NCBI GenBank assembly: GCA_021161465.1
Contig: JAGHAM010000003.1
Coordinates: forward strand, 2,631 to 66,630
DNA: 64,000 nt
DNA from: Candidatus Iainarchaeum sp.
Lineage (GTDB): Archaea; B1Sed10-29; WALL01; JAGHAM01
Direction: 5' to 3'
Numbering within the stretch: the first letter of the stretch is position 1; the number at the start of each line of letters is the position of its first letter. The position numbers were made by a program, and so were the translations under genes. This document shows positions 45,894-56,310 of the stretch, piece by piece. Under the pieces are notes generated by a model. That model was given only the letters and a program-made list of their open reading frames with translations. It searched no databases and was not told where the DNA came from.

Positions 45894-47137
45894 GGAAAGG
45901 GTTTATAATATCGTCAGCAGTGATGGTCTTTGTATTTGCAGTGATGGTAGCCCTTTTCATGTTTGTCCTGAGCGAGAATGAACTTCATAATACAGCCATG
46001 ACTGGTCTTGCAGTTGAGAAAACCCGTTGGATATCCGATGCTGATGATTATTTTTGTAAGAAAGATATTACCGATACTTCAGATTGGGATGTCAATGATT
46101 ACAACTCCTTTTCAGATAAGGGCCCGACAGAGTATCTAAACGTATTTAAAGATGCCTATTCTAGAAATGGAAACAAATCTCACTTCGTTCCTTTCGCCAC
46201 GTCAGGTTCCCTATCTTTTGACTTTTTTGAACCTTATGGTGGATTTCAAGTCAATTATGTCCATGACAACCCTCCCCATATAGCTCTCGTAGACCCTAAA
46301 CCAGGTGACGTTATTGAGATATCTGCAACCAGCCATCCCGATGGATTATATGATTTCAACTACGATGTATGCGATGCAGAGTCACCAATTTCAGATTTGA
46401 GGTTTTGGATTTATTATCGCCCCAACTCTGGAGGAAGTTGGACGCCTGTAGTAGACGAGTCTGGCAATAGGATAGCTAACGTCCCATGGACCAACTCACA
46501 GTCTTTCAAAGTTAACTTGAGTGAAACTCCCGGAGTTACAGGCGATAGGTGGTGTTTCAAAATAGTTGTTCAGGACCCCTATGGATTGAACAACACAGAG
46601 AATGCAACTAGCTGTTATGTGAATGTTTCTACTAGTGGTTGCAAGAGCGCTGCTGATTGCGATGATGGCAACGAATGCACAACAGATACCTGCAATACTG
46701 CTGATGGAACATGTTCACATTCACCAGAACTTGACAATACTCCATGTAGTGGAGGTATATGTTGTAGTGGAAGCTGCACCACACCCACATGCTACAGCAA
46801 CTCTGAGTGCGATTCTGGCAATCCAGACACTTACTGCTATCAATCAGTGTGCAATAATGCTGGTAAGTGTAATGCAGACTGTTCATATTCCCCAATAAAT
46901 CGTTGTGGTGACGGAGTCAAAAACTGTGGAGAAGCATGTGATCCTAATGCCAGCCCAACAGGTTGTCTTTTAGGGACTTGCACACCTGACTGTACCTGTA
47001 TTGACCCTTGTGAAGGAGCCACATGCTCATGGGGACTACCTTACAAGTGTACTAGATGCCCAGATGGTTCTATTGAGGGTTGGTGCTGTCATAGTGCCTC
47101 AGGAGTAGAGACTTGTAGCTTCAACGCTTGCCATTAA
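45890..47137 (+). CDS. Large pilin-like adhesin with Cys-rich C-terminal repeats
   Basis: MRKG/FIISS N-terminus; CDDGNECTTDTC and CGDGVKNCGEACD motifs. Confidence 0.75.
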   Translation: MRKGFIISSAVMVFVFAVMVALFMFVLSENELHNTAMTGLAVEKTRWISDADDYFCKKDITDTSDWDVNDYNSFSDKGPTEYLNVFKDAYSRNGNKSHFVPFATSGSLSFDFFEPYGGFQVNYVHDNPPHIALVDPKPGDVIEISATSHPDGLYDFNYDVCDAESPISDLRFWIYYRPNSGGSWTPVVDESGNRIANVPWTNSQSFKVNLSETPGVTGDRWCFKIVVQDPYGLNNTENATSCYVNVSTSGCKSAADCDDGNECTTDTCNTADGTCSHSPELDNTPCSGGICCSGSCTTPTCYSNSECDSGNPDTYCYQSVCNNAGKCNADCSYSPINRCGDGVKNCGEACDPNASPTGCLLGTCTPDCTCIDPCEGATCSWGLPYKCTRCPDGSIEGWCCHSASGVETCSFNACH

Positions 47138-48008
47138 TGTGCGTCTTAAAATGTTTTTCTTTCTCGGATTTCTTCATGAGCAGTGCAGTTTTGTTTAGAT
47201 TACGCCGACTGATTGTCATTACTTTTCTTATTACTTTATCAACTCCAGAACCATATTGCGCGGCTTTTTTGGGTCTCCAGGCAACTTCCTTGGGAACGCC
47301 CAGCTCCAGAGCGATTTCTCTTAAAACAAGTTTCTTAACAGGTGGCTCCAGTTTTATCTTCCTCTCAGCGGGGATTCCAAGCGAAACGGCAATAACTTTC
47401 TCATCAAGGAATGGCACGCGAAGGCCTTTGTTGAACGCCTTGGCCACCGCCGTGTCGCGGGTGATGTCCCTTTCCCACATACTCTTCAAGCCTTTGACTA
47501 TCTCTTCTTCAACGGTTCTGTATCCTCCTTGCCTTAGCGCGTTCTCATGCCTATGGTAGCCAGCGAATAACTCTTCCGTCCCCAATCCAGAGAAAAATAC
47601 CTTTTCCTTAGCCTCGCGCATGCAGAAGTAAAATGGTGTCGCAACACCAACTTTCATAATATTTGGACCAACAAGTTTGACGATTTTGGGAAGCTCCTGC
47701 TCAAGCTCTTCTTTTGTTATTATTATGGTTTTTAGGTTTAGACCAAGTTCCTTTGCAACACGCTTGGACCACTCTAAATCCTGACTACCTTGAATTCCAG
47801 CACAGTAGCAGTGCAGGTTAAGGCGGTCGCGTAGCAGCACTGCCAGCAGCGTGGAATCAACCCCGCCAGAGAAAAGCAGGCCGGCTTCTTTAAGGCCTTT
47901 ACAGTTTTTGTCGATGGATGCGACTATTGATTTTTTAAGTTCTCCCTTCCCTCCTTTAGCTGGCTTTGGTGGGTTATCCAGCAAGTAGTGCAACTCTTCA
48001 GCTATCAT
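47121..48008 (-). CDS. Asparagine synthase C-terminal (ATP pyrophosphatase) domain protein
   Basis: LFSGGVDS, SGLGTEELFAGY, RVPFLD, RPKKAAQYGSG; no glutaminase domain. Confidence 0.85.
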   Translation of the reverse strand: MIAEELHYLLDNPPKPAKGGKGELKKSIVASIDKNCKGLKEAGLLFSGGVDSTLLAVLLRDRLNLHCYCAGIQGSQDLEWSKRVAKELGLNLKTIIITKEELEQELPKIVKLVGPNIMKVGVATPFYFCMREAKEKVFFSGLGTEELFAGYHRHENALRQGGYRTVEEEIVKGLKSMWERDITRDTAVAKAFNKGLRVPFLDEKVIAVSLGIPAERKIKLEPPVKKLVLREIALELGVPKEVAWRPKKAAQYGSGVDKVIRKVMTISRRNLNKTALLMKKSEKEKHFKTHINGKR

Positions 48009-48295
48009 TTCTTCCCGCGTTTTCTCTTAGGTTTGCGCGCTTTCTCTATTGGCTTTATCCCATGTTTTATTTCATCCAGTGTTCTCCTGAGGACTATGAC
48101 TTCAGAAATGCTTGCAACATCATCCATCTTAATTTCATCTTTTTTGCGGGCCAGGATACGCATAACGCCTTTAGGCATAACTAGTATTCTAGTTACCTCG
48201 CCCCTTTCACCAATGTCAACATCCTCGACGACGCCAATAGTAGTTCCATCTCGGTCTATTACCTCTTTGCCTCGAATTTCCTTCCTGAATAGCAT
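48005..48295 (-). CDS. PRC-barrel domain protein
   Basis: GKEVIDRDG..IG.VEDV.I....G.V..ILV. Confidence 0.85.
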   Translation of the reverse strand: MLFRKEIRGKEVIDRDGTTIGVVEDVDIGERGEVTRILVMPKGVMRILARKKDEIKMDDVASISEVIVLRRTLDEIKHGIKPIEKARKPKRKRGKK

Positions 48296-48338
48296 AAGGT
48301 ATTTATGACATAGCAATATAAAAATTAATTGTGTTTGT

Positions 48339-49106
48339 ATGGTTAGTCACAAATCTCTTGATGGGCTTGTGAGGGCAATCAATGAGAGAGGGTTTGAGGA
48401 AGTCCTAGGGGAACAGAAGGTTCCGGACCTTGAGAAAATCGTTAAGCAGGCCATGCGCTTGGGAACTACCCGTAATAGTGGAGGAACTTACGAGCGAGTT
48501 GATAAGAAAAGAACTCTTGATGTTGGGGATTTGGATGAGATGTACTTGAAGGTTGGCTTGCTCCACGATGTGGTTGCGGAGCTGTTGTCCAGGCACGAAG
48601 GCAGGCAGCCGAAGGACGAGAAAGTGCTAACAACTCTCAGGAAGCTCGATGAGGGCTTAAGTTCGAAGAAGGAGAGTATAAAACGGTTGTACCCTTCTGC
48701 TGGAAAGCTCAAGATAAACACCATAAAACAGCTTAGGGAATTAGCGAATGAGGGCTACATACCAGAGGAGTTGCACAGTAACATACCAGTATCTGACCTC
48801 AGGGATATGTTAATGGAAGTTACCCGTTCGCCAGAGCCAGCTCTCGTATCAGATAAGTTCCACCATAGCGAATGGCCGAAAGATATGGACAAAGAGAGAG
48901 CGCTTAGGATATGTTCTGATATAGGCATGCTCAAAAAACTTTATGAAGGCAAGATTAACTACCTCAAAAAATACTCTCCAGATGTCTCAAAGCCTTTTAT
49001 TGACTTGATGAAGAGGGATTTAGGGACACTTGAATCAGTGAAAAAGAGGGTTGAAAAGAGATACCTTCATGGCAGTTTTGGCCGAAGAATGGTAGAGCTA
49101 AAATGA
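48339..49106 (+). CDS. Hypothetical charged helical protein
   Basis: Fills the gap; TATA-like ATATAAAA upstream; no motif recognised. Confidence 0.65.
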   Translation: MVSHKSLDGLVRAINERGFEEVLGEQKVPDLEKIVKQAMRLGTTRNSGGTYERVDKKRTLDVGDLDEMYLKVGLLHDVVAELLSRHEGRQPKDEKVLTTLRKLDEGLSSKKESIKRLYPSAGKLKINTIKQLRELANEGYIPEELHSNIPVSDLRDMLMEVTRSPEPALVSDKFHHSEWPKDMDKERALRICSDIGMLKKLYEGKINYLKKYSPDVSKPFIDLMKRDLGTLESVKKRVEKRYLHGSFGRRMVELK

Positions 49107-50837
49107 GTAGTAATACTCACCCTCTTGCTTTTGCTCTATGTCCTTCTGGCTTTTCGGCTTGTTCGCGCGTGGCCTTCCTGTTTCCGGGTCTCTCCTGTAT
49201 GTGATTTCCATTTTTTTCAGGAATTTGTTCATGCCGGAGTGCATCGATTCCGGCGAATGAGCTCTACCTTCCTTCCCCGGCACTCCTTCAAAAACCATCA
49301 ATCTGTTTGAAACATAGTCCTGGAAAACTATATCATGGTCAACAACCATTGTGGCGCTTCTTCGCTTCTCAGTGATTTTCTTTGTGATTTCAGCGAAGCG
49401 TATCCTCTGCTCAACATCAAGGAAGGCGCTTGGCTCATCCAGGAGGTAAAGGTCAGCGTCACGCGAAAGTGCCAGTGCGACAGCAACTCGCTGTATCTCC
49501 CCACCACTCAGTTCGTTGACGTTCTTATCATACAAGTCTATAATCTCTTTCTTCAGGAAGTACTCGAACAGCTCTTTGTTCATCTCTGTTTTCGTGATTA
49601 GCTGTTTCACAGTCCCATCAAAATCAGCACTTACATATTGCGGCTTGTAGGATATCTTGTATGTGTCTTTTATCTCCCCTTCTGTAGGTTTCTCAACCCC
49701 AGCCAGAACCCTCATAAACGTAGACTTGCCTATTGCATTTGGCCCAACTATACCAATGACCTCCCCTTCCACAAGCTCTCCCCCATCTACCTTCAACACA
49801 AACCCCTCATATTTTTTGATGAATTTCGGGATGGTAGCGTAGGGCTTGCCTTTCCATTCCTCTGCTGGTGGCTTTAGCTCAAATTTCATGGCGTGGTCTC
49901 TAAATCTCATATTCTCTGCTCTTAGATAACCTTCCAAGAACTCATTGATGCCAACCCTGACACTCTTTAAGGAGGAGACTATGCCATAAACACCGCCCTT
50001 GCCATACATTACGTGCACGTAATCGCTTAGGTAGTCAAGTACAGCCAGGTCATGTTCAACGAGTATAACTTTTCTATTCTCGGATAATTTCCTTATGACT
50101 TTGGCGATGGATAACCTCTGCCTGGCATCGAGATAGCTGCTTGGTTCATCAAAGAAGTACAAATCAGCCTTTTTCTGGAGTGTTGCTGCGATAGCCACTC
50201 TTTGCAGTTCCCCACCGCTTATATCACTTATATCTCTGTCCAGAATTTCATCCAGTTCAAGTGGCGCTAAATCCACATTCCTCTCGTGTGTTTCTTCAAG
50301 CAGCCCTTTGACTGTGCCATTGAAGTTTTTCTGTATCAAGTCAACATTCTGCGGCTTGAAGGCAACTCTTAGCTCTCCCTTGCTGAGCGCCTCAAGATGA
50401 GTTTGTATCTCTTGACCTCTAAACAGTTCTATGAGCTCATCCCAGGATACCTTTTTGTTTGGGTTTCCTAGGTTTGGGACCAGCCTGCCAGCAACTATCG
50501 ACATAACAGTAGTCTTACCTATCCCGTTTGGTCCAATGATACCAACCACTCCTTTTTTTGGCACGGGCAGGCCGAAAACCCTAAAAGCATTCACACCGAA
50601 AGTGTGAATAGGTTTACCCAGTTCTTCTGGGAGATTGACTATTGAGATTGCATGGAATGGGCACTTCTTGACGCATATGCCGCAGCCGGTGCATAAAGTT
50701 TCAGATATGACTGGTCTGCCCTGCTCGTCTTTGGTTATGGTTTCATCACCCATTCGGACTCCAGGGCAGTATTTTATGCATTCATATGCACAGCGTTTTG
50801 GCTGGCATTTGTCCCTGTCTATAACTGCTACCCTCAT
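49098..50837 (-). CDS. rli: Ribosome recycling ATPase ABCE1/RLI
   Basis: N-terminal Fe-S cysteines, two ABC domains (GPNGIGKT, SGGELQR), YRRDPETGRPR. Confidence 0.97.
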   Translation of the reverse strand: MRVAVIDRDKCQPKRCAYECIKYCPGVRMGDETITKDEQGRPVISETLCTGCGICVKKCPFHAISIVNLPEELGKPIHTFGVNAFRVFGLPVPKKGVVGIIGPNGIGKTTVMSIVAGRLVPNLGNPNKKVSWDELIELFRGQEIQTHLEALSKGELRVAFKPQNVDLIQKNFNGTVKGLLEETHERNVDLAPLELDEILDRDISDISGGELQRVAIAATLQKKADLYFFDEPSSYLDARQRLSIAKVIRKLSENRKVILVEHDLAVLDYLSDYVHVMYGKGGVYGIVSSLKSVRVGINEFLEGYLRAENMRFRDHAMKFELKPPAEEWKGKPYATIPKFIKKYEGFVLKVDGGELVEGEVIGIVGPNAIGKSTFMRVLAGVEKPTEGEIKDTYKISYKPQYVSADFDGTVKQLITKTEMNKELFEYFLKKEIIDLYDKNVNELSGGEIQRVAVALALSRDADLYLLDEPSAFLDVEQRIRFAEITKKITEKRRSATMVVDHDIVFQDYVSNRLMVFEGVPGKEGRAHSPESMHSGMNKFLKKMEITYRRDPETGRPRANKPKSQKDIEQKQEGEYYYSF

Positions 50838-50926
50838 GAAGACATCACAAAATCCTTAGGTTTTAACCTTAGAGTTAGTAACTTATTTAAATAAATGGAC
50901 GTTATTAAGTGTTATGGGTGCTAAAC

Positions 50927-52819
50927 ATGAAAAAATTATTCTTCCTGCTGTTCATGCTTTCAACTGCAGTGGCGCTGTCGTGCTCCTTTAACGATACGTC
51001 ACTAAAGTACTCTTTCAATGAGGTTTCATTCAAAGTTGATGGGGCTGGCAGTTTTACACTGGATGCCTCTTTCAATATCCTGCCTGATGCCAACCTGACC
51101 AGAGTTTATCTAATCAGCGCGAACAAAAATATGTTTGTAAGTTATTCCAGCATGCCGATTTATTTCGATGGAAATGGTTATTTCATATATCTTAACGAAA
51201 GCGGGAATATTACAGTTAGAGGCAGAATCGACTACGCGCGTTCAACCAAGATAACCTTCCCGTCGCCAATAATGCGCTTGAAGATTGCTACCCCAACATA
51301 TTCAGGTGAGTTCTATTCGGTGATAGGAAAGGAAATAACACTTAACAAATATCAAGCCGAGCCAGAGGAGCAAAGGATTACTCCCACCTACAACATCTTT
51401 ATAGGGAGGCACAATTCTGATTTTGCTTATACCCTTGACTTAAGTGTCGTAACACAGGAAATCAAATTGCCTTTGTACAACAATGAAATCATAGATTCAG
51501 TTTCGGGTGTCGAGAACCATAAGATTTCTGGCAATACTCTCATACTTTACCCAAACAAAAATAGGGTAACCGTTTATGGGCACTTCCCTGGCAACCTGAC
51601 CTTTTTCAAGCCTGGATTATCCCTACCAGGTTATGTTACAATCCAGTACCCAGGTGAGCTGGAGGTGAAAGTTTCCACCAGTGCAACTCAGGTGGATGAA
51701 TCCAAAGTGTCTGGCATAGAGGTAAGATATGCCAACAGACGTTCCTACGAAGTTTACCCATCACACACCTTCTCAATCACAGCGGCAAAACTTGAAACCT
51801 TCCCCAGCTTGGTATTCGCTGTTGACAATGTTAACAACAAGCTCTCAATATCAGAGAATGGTGTTATCCTTCAGAACACGAAGGTCTACTTTGATAATAC
51901 AGGGCTGGATTATGTTTCTCTGTACGCGACAGATTTGAAGCCGCTTTATGCAGGCATCAATGGCGCGCCTACTTTCCTGACGAAGAAGGGGGACGATATG
52001 TATTTTGCAGTGCAGAAAAGGAGAAACCAGAACCTTGAGCTGATTACACTTGATAAGAAGCCGGATTTAGGCTTGTTCAGCATGATTGATTTCGATGTTC
52101 CTAAAATCGACTATCCTATAACAACTTTCTCGAATACTATATACTATCCAAAAGACTACCAGCTTGTATACTCCTCAGAGGGCATGCACTTCAACTGGGA
52201 GTCCTGGCTGGTCCTTCTTGTTGTCTTTACAGGAGTGTTGTACATTGTGATACCAGGAAAGACAAAGAAGAGGAGGCTCATTTTATCCTTCCTAGCAACA
52301 CTTGCGTTGATAGCACTGGCTGAAGCGTCAGGCGTGTTTATCTTCTTTGGCATAATAGGATACGCCTATGCCCTGGCTAAGAAATACAAGGACCAGGTTA
52401 ACAAGAGCAAGAAAGTACTTGCCATAGTGCTTCTCTTGATTGGGGCGCTGGCTGCAGTTGTGGTAGTCTTAGCGCTGGCTGGAACATTCCTAGCAGGATT
52501 TGCTTCACCAAGGTATTCTGCTCCTGCCATGGTGAATGAAGGGATATCAAGGGCAGCAGTTGCGAAGGACCTTGCGGTTGAAAAGGCATCTCCAACAGCA
52601 GAGATGGGGCTTGTGACTAAGCCTGAGATATTGCCTGTAAAGATTAGCCTGCCAACGTACTCAAAAAGCCTTTCGATAACTTCAAAAATGGTGACCAAGG
52701 ATAAGCCGTTGCATGTTAGCTTGCTTTTGGTTAAAGGCTGGCTGGTAAAGCTGATATGGTTGCTGGTTGGGAGTCTGCTCATCGTCATTGCCTGGTGGAA
52801 GGCTGCAAGGAGCAGCTAA
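50927..52819 (+). CDS. Secreted beta-rich protein with C-terminal TM bundle
   Basis: MKKLFF signal peptide, several C-terminal TM segments. Confidence 0.7.
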   Translation: MKKLFFLLFMLSTAVALSCSFNDTSLKYSFNEVSFKVDGAGSFTLDASFNILPDANLTRVYLISANKNMFVSYSSMPIYFDGNGYFIYLNESGNITVRGRIDYARSTKITFPSPIMRLKIATPTYSGEFYSVIGKEITLNKYQAEPEEQRITPTYNIFIGRHNSDFAYTLDLSVVTQEIKLPLYNNEIIDSVSGVENHKISGNTLILYPNKNRVTVYGHFPGNLTFFKPGLSLPGYVTIQYPGELEVKVSTSATQVDESKVSGIEVRYANRRSYEVYPSHTFSITAAKLETFPSLVFAVDNVNNKLSISENGVILQNTKVYFDNTGLDYVSLYATDLKPLYAGINGAPTFLTKKGDDMYFAVQKRRNQNLELITLDKKPDLGLFSMIDFDVPKIDYPITTFSNTIYYPKDYQLVYSSEGMHFNWESWLVLLVVFTGVLYIVIPGKTKKRRLILSFLATLALIALAEASGVFIFFGIIGYAYALAKKYKDQVNKSKKVLAIVLLLIGALAAVVVVLALAGTFLAGFASPRYSAPAMVNEGISRAAVAKDLAVEKASPTAEMGLVTKPEILPVKISLPTYSKSLSITSKMVTKDKPLHVSLLLVKGWLVKLIWLLVGSLLIVIAWWKAARSS

Positions 52820-52859
52820 ATCCAGCAAGTTTTTTTAGCGCGGGAGCCTTAATAGATGC

Positions 52860-53897
52860 ATGAAGGTTTTGAAAAAGGATTTAAGGCAGGGTCTGGTTGT
52901 AGTGGTACCAGAGTCGCTGGATGACCTCTGGGTGTTAGATAAAGTTCTAGAGAAAGGCGATTTGGTCAGTGCAAAGACTACACGTAAGTTTGTCAGTGAC
53001 AGCGGAAAGACAGATAGAAAAGAAATCAAAGTCAAACTTACTCTTGAGGACATACAGTTCAAGTCATCACCGGGGAGGCTTCACCTGCTTGGAACCATAG
53101 TTGAGGGCTATCCGGAGAAGTTTGTTAGCATAGGGTCACACCATTCGTTTGAAGTTGAGCCCGGCGTGTCCATAGGCGTGCAAAAGGAATGGAAGAGATA
53201 CCAGCTTGAAAAGATTGATGAGGCGGTTAGGGCGACCAGGAAGCCAAATATCGTGCTGGTTGCCATGGATGACGACGAGGCTGAGATAGCCCTGCTTTCG
53301 CATTTTAACATCAGGACAAAAGCTACCATCCAATCAGGTAAATCTGGCAAACAATTCAAAAGCGAGGACAAAAAAGGCAGTTACTTCTCGGAAATCGCGA
53401 ATATACTGAAGGAAACTGGGGTTAACAAGTTTATAGTTGCCGGCCCTGGTTTTGCAAAAGACGAGTTTAAGAAATATTGTAGCGAGAAGTTCCCAGAATT
53501 GGCATCACAGATGCTGGTTGAAGGCATTGGTCATACTGGCTCTACAGGCATTCAGGAAATCTTAAAACGGGGTATAGCTGACAAAGTGGCGAATGAGTCA
53601 AGGCTGGCAAGCGAAGCAGCCCTTGTGGAGGAAGTCTTGACTGAACTCGCGCAGGATGGGCCCGTAACTTATGGGCATAAGGAAGTCGAGAAGGCTATTT
53701 CCTACAAAGCTGTCAGCAAGCTGATTTTGACAGACAAGTTCTTCCAGGAGAACAGGGATTCAGTTGAAGCCATGCTAAACAAGGCTAGCAAGACGAGAGC
53801 AGAAGTGCATATAATCAATAGCGAGCAGGAGGCAGGGAAAAAACTTGATTCCCTTGGCGGGATAGTGGCTCTCCTTCGTTTTAAAGTTGATAGTTAG
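52860..53897 (+). CDS. pelA: mRNA surveillance protein pelota
   Basis: PESLDDLW.L, GSHHSFEV, AGPGFAK, LGGIVALLRF. Confidence 0.95.
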   Translation: MKVLKKDLRQGLVVVVPESLDDLWVLDKVLEKGDLVSAKTTRKFVSDSGKTDRKEIKVKLTLEDIQFKSSPGRLHLLGTIVEGYPEKFVSIGSHHSFEVEPGVSIGVQKEWKRYQLEKIDEAVRATRKPNIVLVAMDDDEAEIALLSHFNIRTKATIQSGKSGKQFKSEDKKGSYFSEIANILKETGVNKFIVAGPGFAKDEFKKYCSEKFPELASQMLVEGIGHTGSTGIQEILKRGIADKVANESRLASEAALVEEVLTELAQDGPVTYGHKEVEKAISYKAVSKLILTDKFFQENRDSVEAMLNKASKTRAEVHIINSEQEAGKKLDSLGGIVALLRFKVDS

Positions 53898-53971
53898 CTG
53901 TTGCAACCTAACATATGTGGAAATCATGCCAGTTAGGTTCAAAATAGCGGGTTAGTTATTGCTGTTGTAAT

Positions 53972-54823
53972 CTAACCCCAGAACCCAGGTTTCTTTGGTT
54001 TTTGGGATTTGAAGCCACCAGGTTTAGAGGTATTCCAGTTTTTGGTGGTGCCTGCTGTTTTGACAGCTTTCCATACTATCATGATAATGACTATGAAGAT
54101 GATTAATGGGATGAGCAGAGGGAGGAGCATAAACAGTATGGAGAATAGGATGAGGAATATGATTGACCCAGCGTCTGCGTCTTTACTTGGTCTACGTGCT
54201 CCAACCGCGCCGGATTTCGTTGCTGGTTCCACTTTAACTTCCGACCAGTCTACGTGACAGCCCATCAGGTCCAACTTTCTATAATCATAAATACCAGGTG
54301 AAGAAGCATTTAAGAATTTGCCTGTTGCATAGCAGTCATCTATCTCTACCCTAACCAGCCTAACTTCTCTGGTTTCGGATGGGAGGTATGCAGTGTAATC
54401 ACACACTCTACCACTCTTACATTCTATGGAACCTAGTGGGTGTGTTTTTTCCCCACCCCAAACGTTTATCTTAACCTTGGCTCTGCTGTTGTAAACCCTT
54501 GATGGTGGCTGGCTGTTGGATATGCCTTTTATCTCACTGAATGGTATAACCTCATTGTACTCCTCTGGCACTGAAACGTTGACTTTAACCGTTAGTTTGA
54601 TTTGGCTAGAAGTGTTAAATTTAGCGTTAACCTCGTGAACGTGTGTTTCTTGCCCATAACAACAGTCAACTTTGGTGCAATTTTCGTTGTATGGACCTGG
54701 TGCAGAATAGCCAATGCCGTTATCACATACATCATAATAAAACCCGCCAGTCGAGTTGTAGAGAGAGCTGGCTAGCGGAACAATCAAAAGGACAAGCAGA
54801 AGAGACAAAGCTCTTTTTTCCAT
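53972..54823 (-). CDS. Hypothetical secreted protein with C-terminal TM anchor
   Basis: Signal peptide, Cys-containing ectodomain, long hydrophobic C-terminal helix. Confidence 0.65.
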   Translation of the reverse strand: MEKRALSLLLVLLIVPLASSLYNSTGGFYYDVCDNGIGYSAPGPYNENCTKVDCCYGQETHVHEVNAKFNTSSQIKLTVKVNVSVPEEYNEVIPFSEIKGISNSQPPSRVYNSRAKVKINVWGGEKTHPLGSIECKSGRVCDYTAYLPSETREVRLVRVEIDDCYATGKFLNASSPGIYDYRKLDLMGCHVDWSEVKVEPATKSGAVGARRPSKDADAGSIIFLILFSILFMLLPLLIPLIIFIVIIMIVWKAVKTAGTTKNWNTSKPGGFKSQKPKKPGFWG

Positions 54824-54848
54824 GTTTAGAGATACTTCTTTTTGGTAT

Positions 54849-55466
54849 TTAACTCTTGCCAAGGATTTTCGCCCTGCCATCATCAAGCTTTATCCTTCCG
54901 TCTGCGAACCAGTTGATTGCTTTTAGGATTATCTCCTGCTCAGCTGCTTGCACCTTAGGTTTGAGAGTTTCAACGGTTTCATCTTCACTGATTGGAACGC
55001 ATTTTTGGGCGATTATTGGCCCAGAGTCGACTTCTTCCGTTACAAAATGAAGTGTGCAGCCAGTGACTTTGCAGCCGAAGTCAAGCACGGCCTGGTGCAC
55101 ATCCTTATCCATGGCTCCACCAAAGGCAGGCAACAGGCTTGGGTGGATATTCATGGCTTTCCCATACCACTTTTTCACGAACCAGCCCGATATTATCTTC
55201 ATGTAGCCAATGAGTAGCACCAGCTCAACACCATGCTTCTCAAGCTCTGCATCCACCTCCCGGTCAAACTCTTCGCGCGTCTTTCCCTTTGGATTTATGA
55301 AGACTGACAGTATACCCTGCTTACTGGCACGCTCCAGTATATACGCGTTTTCTTTGTTGCTTATCACCACAGCTACTTCGGCGTCCAGTTTTTTGTTCTT
55401 TGTGGCATCTATTATGGCTTGCAGGTCTGTGCCGCTGGTTGAGCCAAGCACCCCCAGTTTAATCAT
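54849..55466 (-). CDS. purN: Phosphoribosylglycinamide formyltransferase
   Basis: SGTDLQAI, NIHPSLLPAF, GCTLHFV..EVDSGPII. Confidence 0.95.
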   Translation of the reverse strand: MIKLGVLGSTSGTDLQAIIDATKNKKLDAEVAVVISNKENAYILERASKQGILSVFINPKGKTREEFDREVDAELEKHGVELVLLIGYMKIISGWFVKKWYGKAMNIHPSLLPAFGGAMDKDVHQAVLDFGCKVTGCTLHFVTEEVDSGPIIAQKCVPISEDETVETLKPKVQAAEQEIILKAINWFADGRIKLDDGRAKILGKS

Positions 55467-56310
55467 GGTTGTTCGCCCTCCAGTTCTTGCTTCTCCTCGC
55501 GCATTCAACTGTATTTTTCAGCAGCATAGCCACAGTCATTGGCCCCACGCCACCAGGAACAGGCGTTATGGCAGATACTTTCTCATTAACTGCATCAAAC
55601 ACGACATCACCCAGAAGCTCACCACCTACTTTTGTGATTCCGATATCCACGACTATCGCGCCATCTTTAACCATATCAGCGGTTATTAGCCCCGGCTTGC
55701 CAACTGCACTTATCAAAACGTCTGCTTCTTTGGTATGTTTGGACAGGTTTTGCGTCTTGATATGGCACACAGTAACTGTGGACCATTCCTTTAACAGCAG
55801 TAGTGCCATGGGCTTTCCAACTATCGCACTGTGCCCAACTACAACAGCGTTTTTCCCATCTAAGCTTATGTTATAATATTTCAGCAGTTCAATAACACCT
55901 GAGGGGGTGCATGGTGCTATGCCTGCTCTTTCCGTAACCAGCCTGCCTAAGTTCAATGGGTGAAGCCCCTCAACATCCTTGGAGGGGTAAACAAATTCTG
56001 TAATCCCATTAGCATCAAGGTGAGCTGGGAGCGGAAGCTGTATAAGAATTGCGTGGATGTCTTTCTCCCTGTTGAGTTCCTCTATAGTTGATATCAGGAC
56101 AGACCTTTTTGCATCTATAGGTAGCTCTCTGGTTATGGTGTTTATACCAACCCTTTTACAGGCCTTATCTTTTGCCTGAACATAGACTTTTGATGCTGGG
56201 TCTTCACCAACAATAATCGTGGCCAGAGTTGGAGTGAAATCTAGCTTGTCGATTTCCTGCTTTACACGTTCCTCAATCAACTTGGCTGGTTTCCTGCCAT
56301 CAAGAATCAA
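55459..56310 (-). CDS. folD: Methylene-THF dehydrogenase/cyclohydrolase
   Basis: [30 protein letters not shown]. Confidence 0.96.
   Translation of the reverse strand: MILDGRKPAKLIEERVKQEIDKLDFTPTLATIIVGEDPASKVYVQAKDKACKRVGINTITRELPIDAKRSVLISTIEELNREKDIHAILIQLPLPAHLDANGITEFVYPSKDVEGLHPLNLGRLVTERAGIAPCTPSGVIELLKYYNISLDGKNAVVVGHSAIVGKPMALLLLKEWSTVTVCHIKTQNLSKHTKEADVLISAVGKPGLITADMVKDGAIVVDIGITKVGGELLGDVVFDAVNEKVSAITPVPGGVGPMTVAMLLKNTVECARRSKNWRANNHD

Noticed and set aside
49098-53897. ABCE1 and pelota close together as a ribosome-rescue operon
   Set aside because: Opposite strands and separated by an unrelated gene; both are ordinary housekeeping genes
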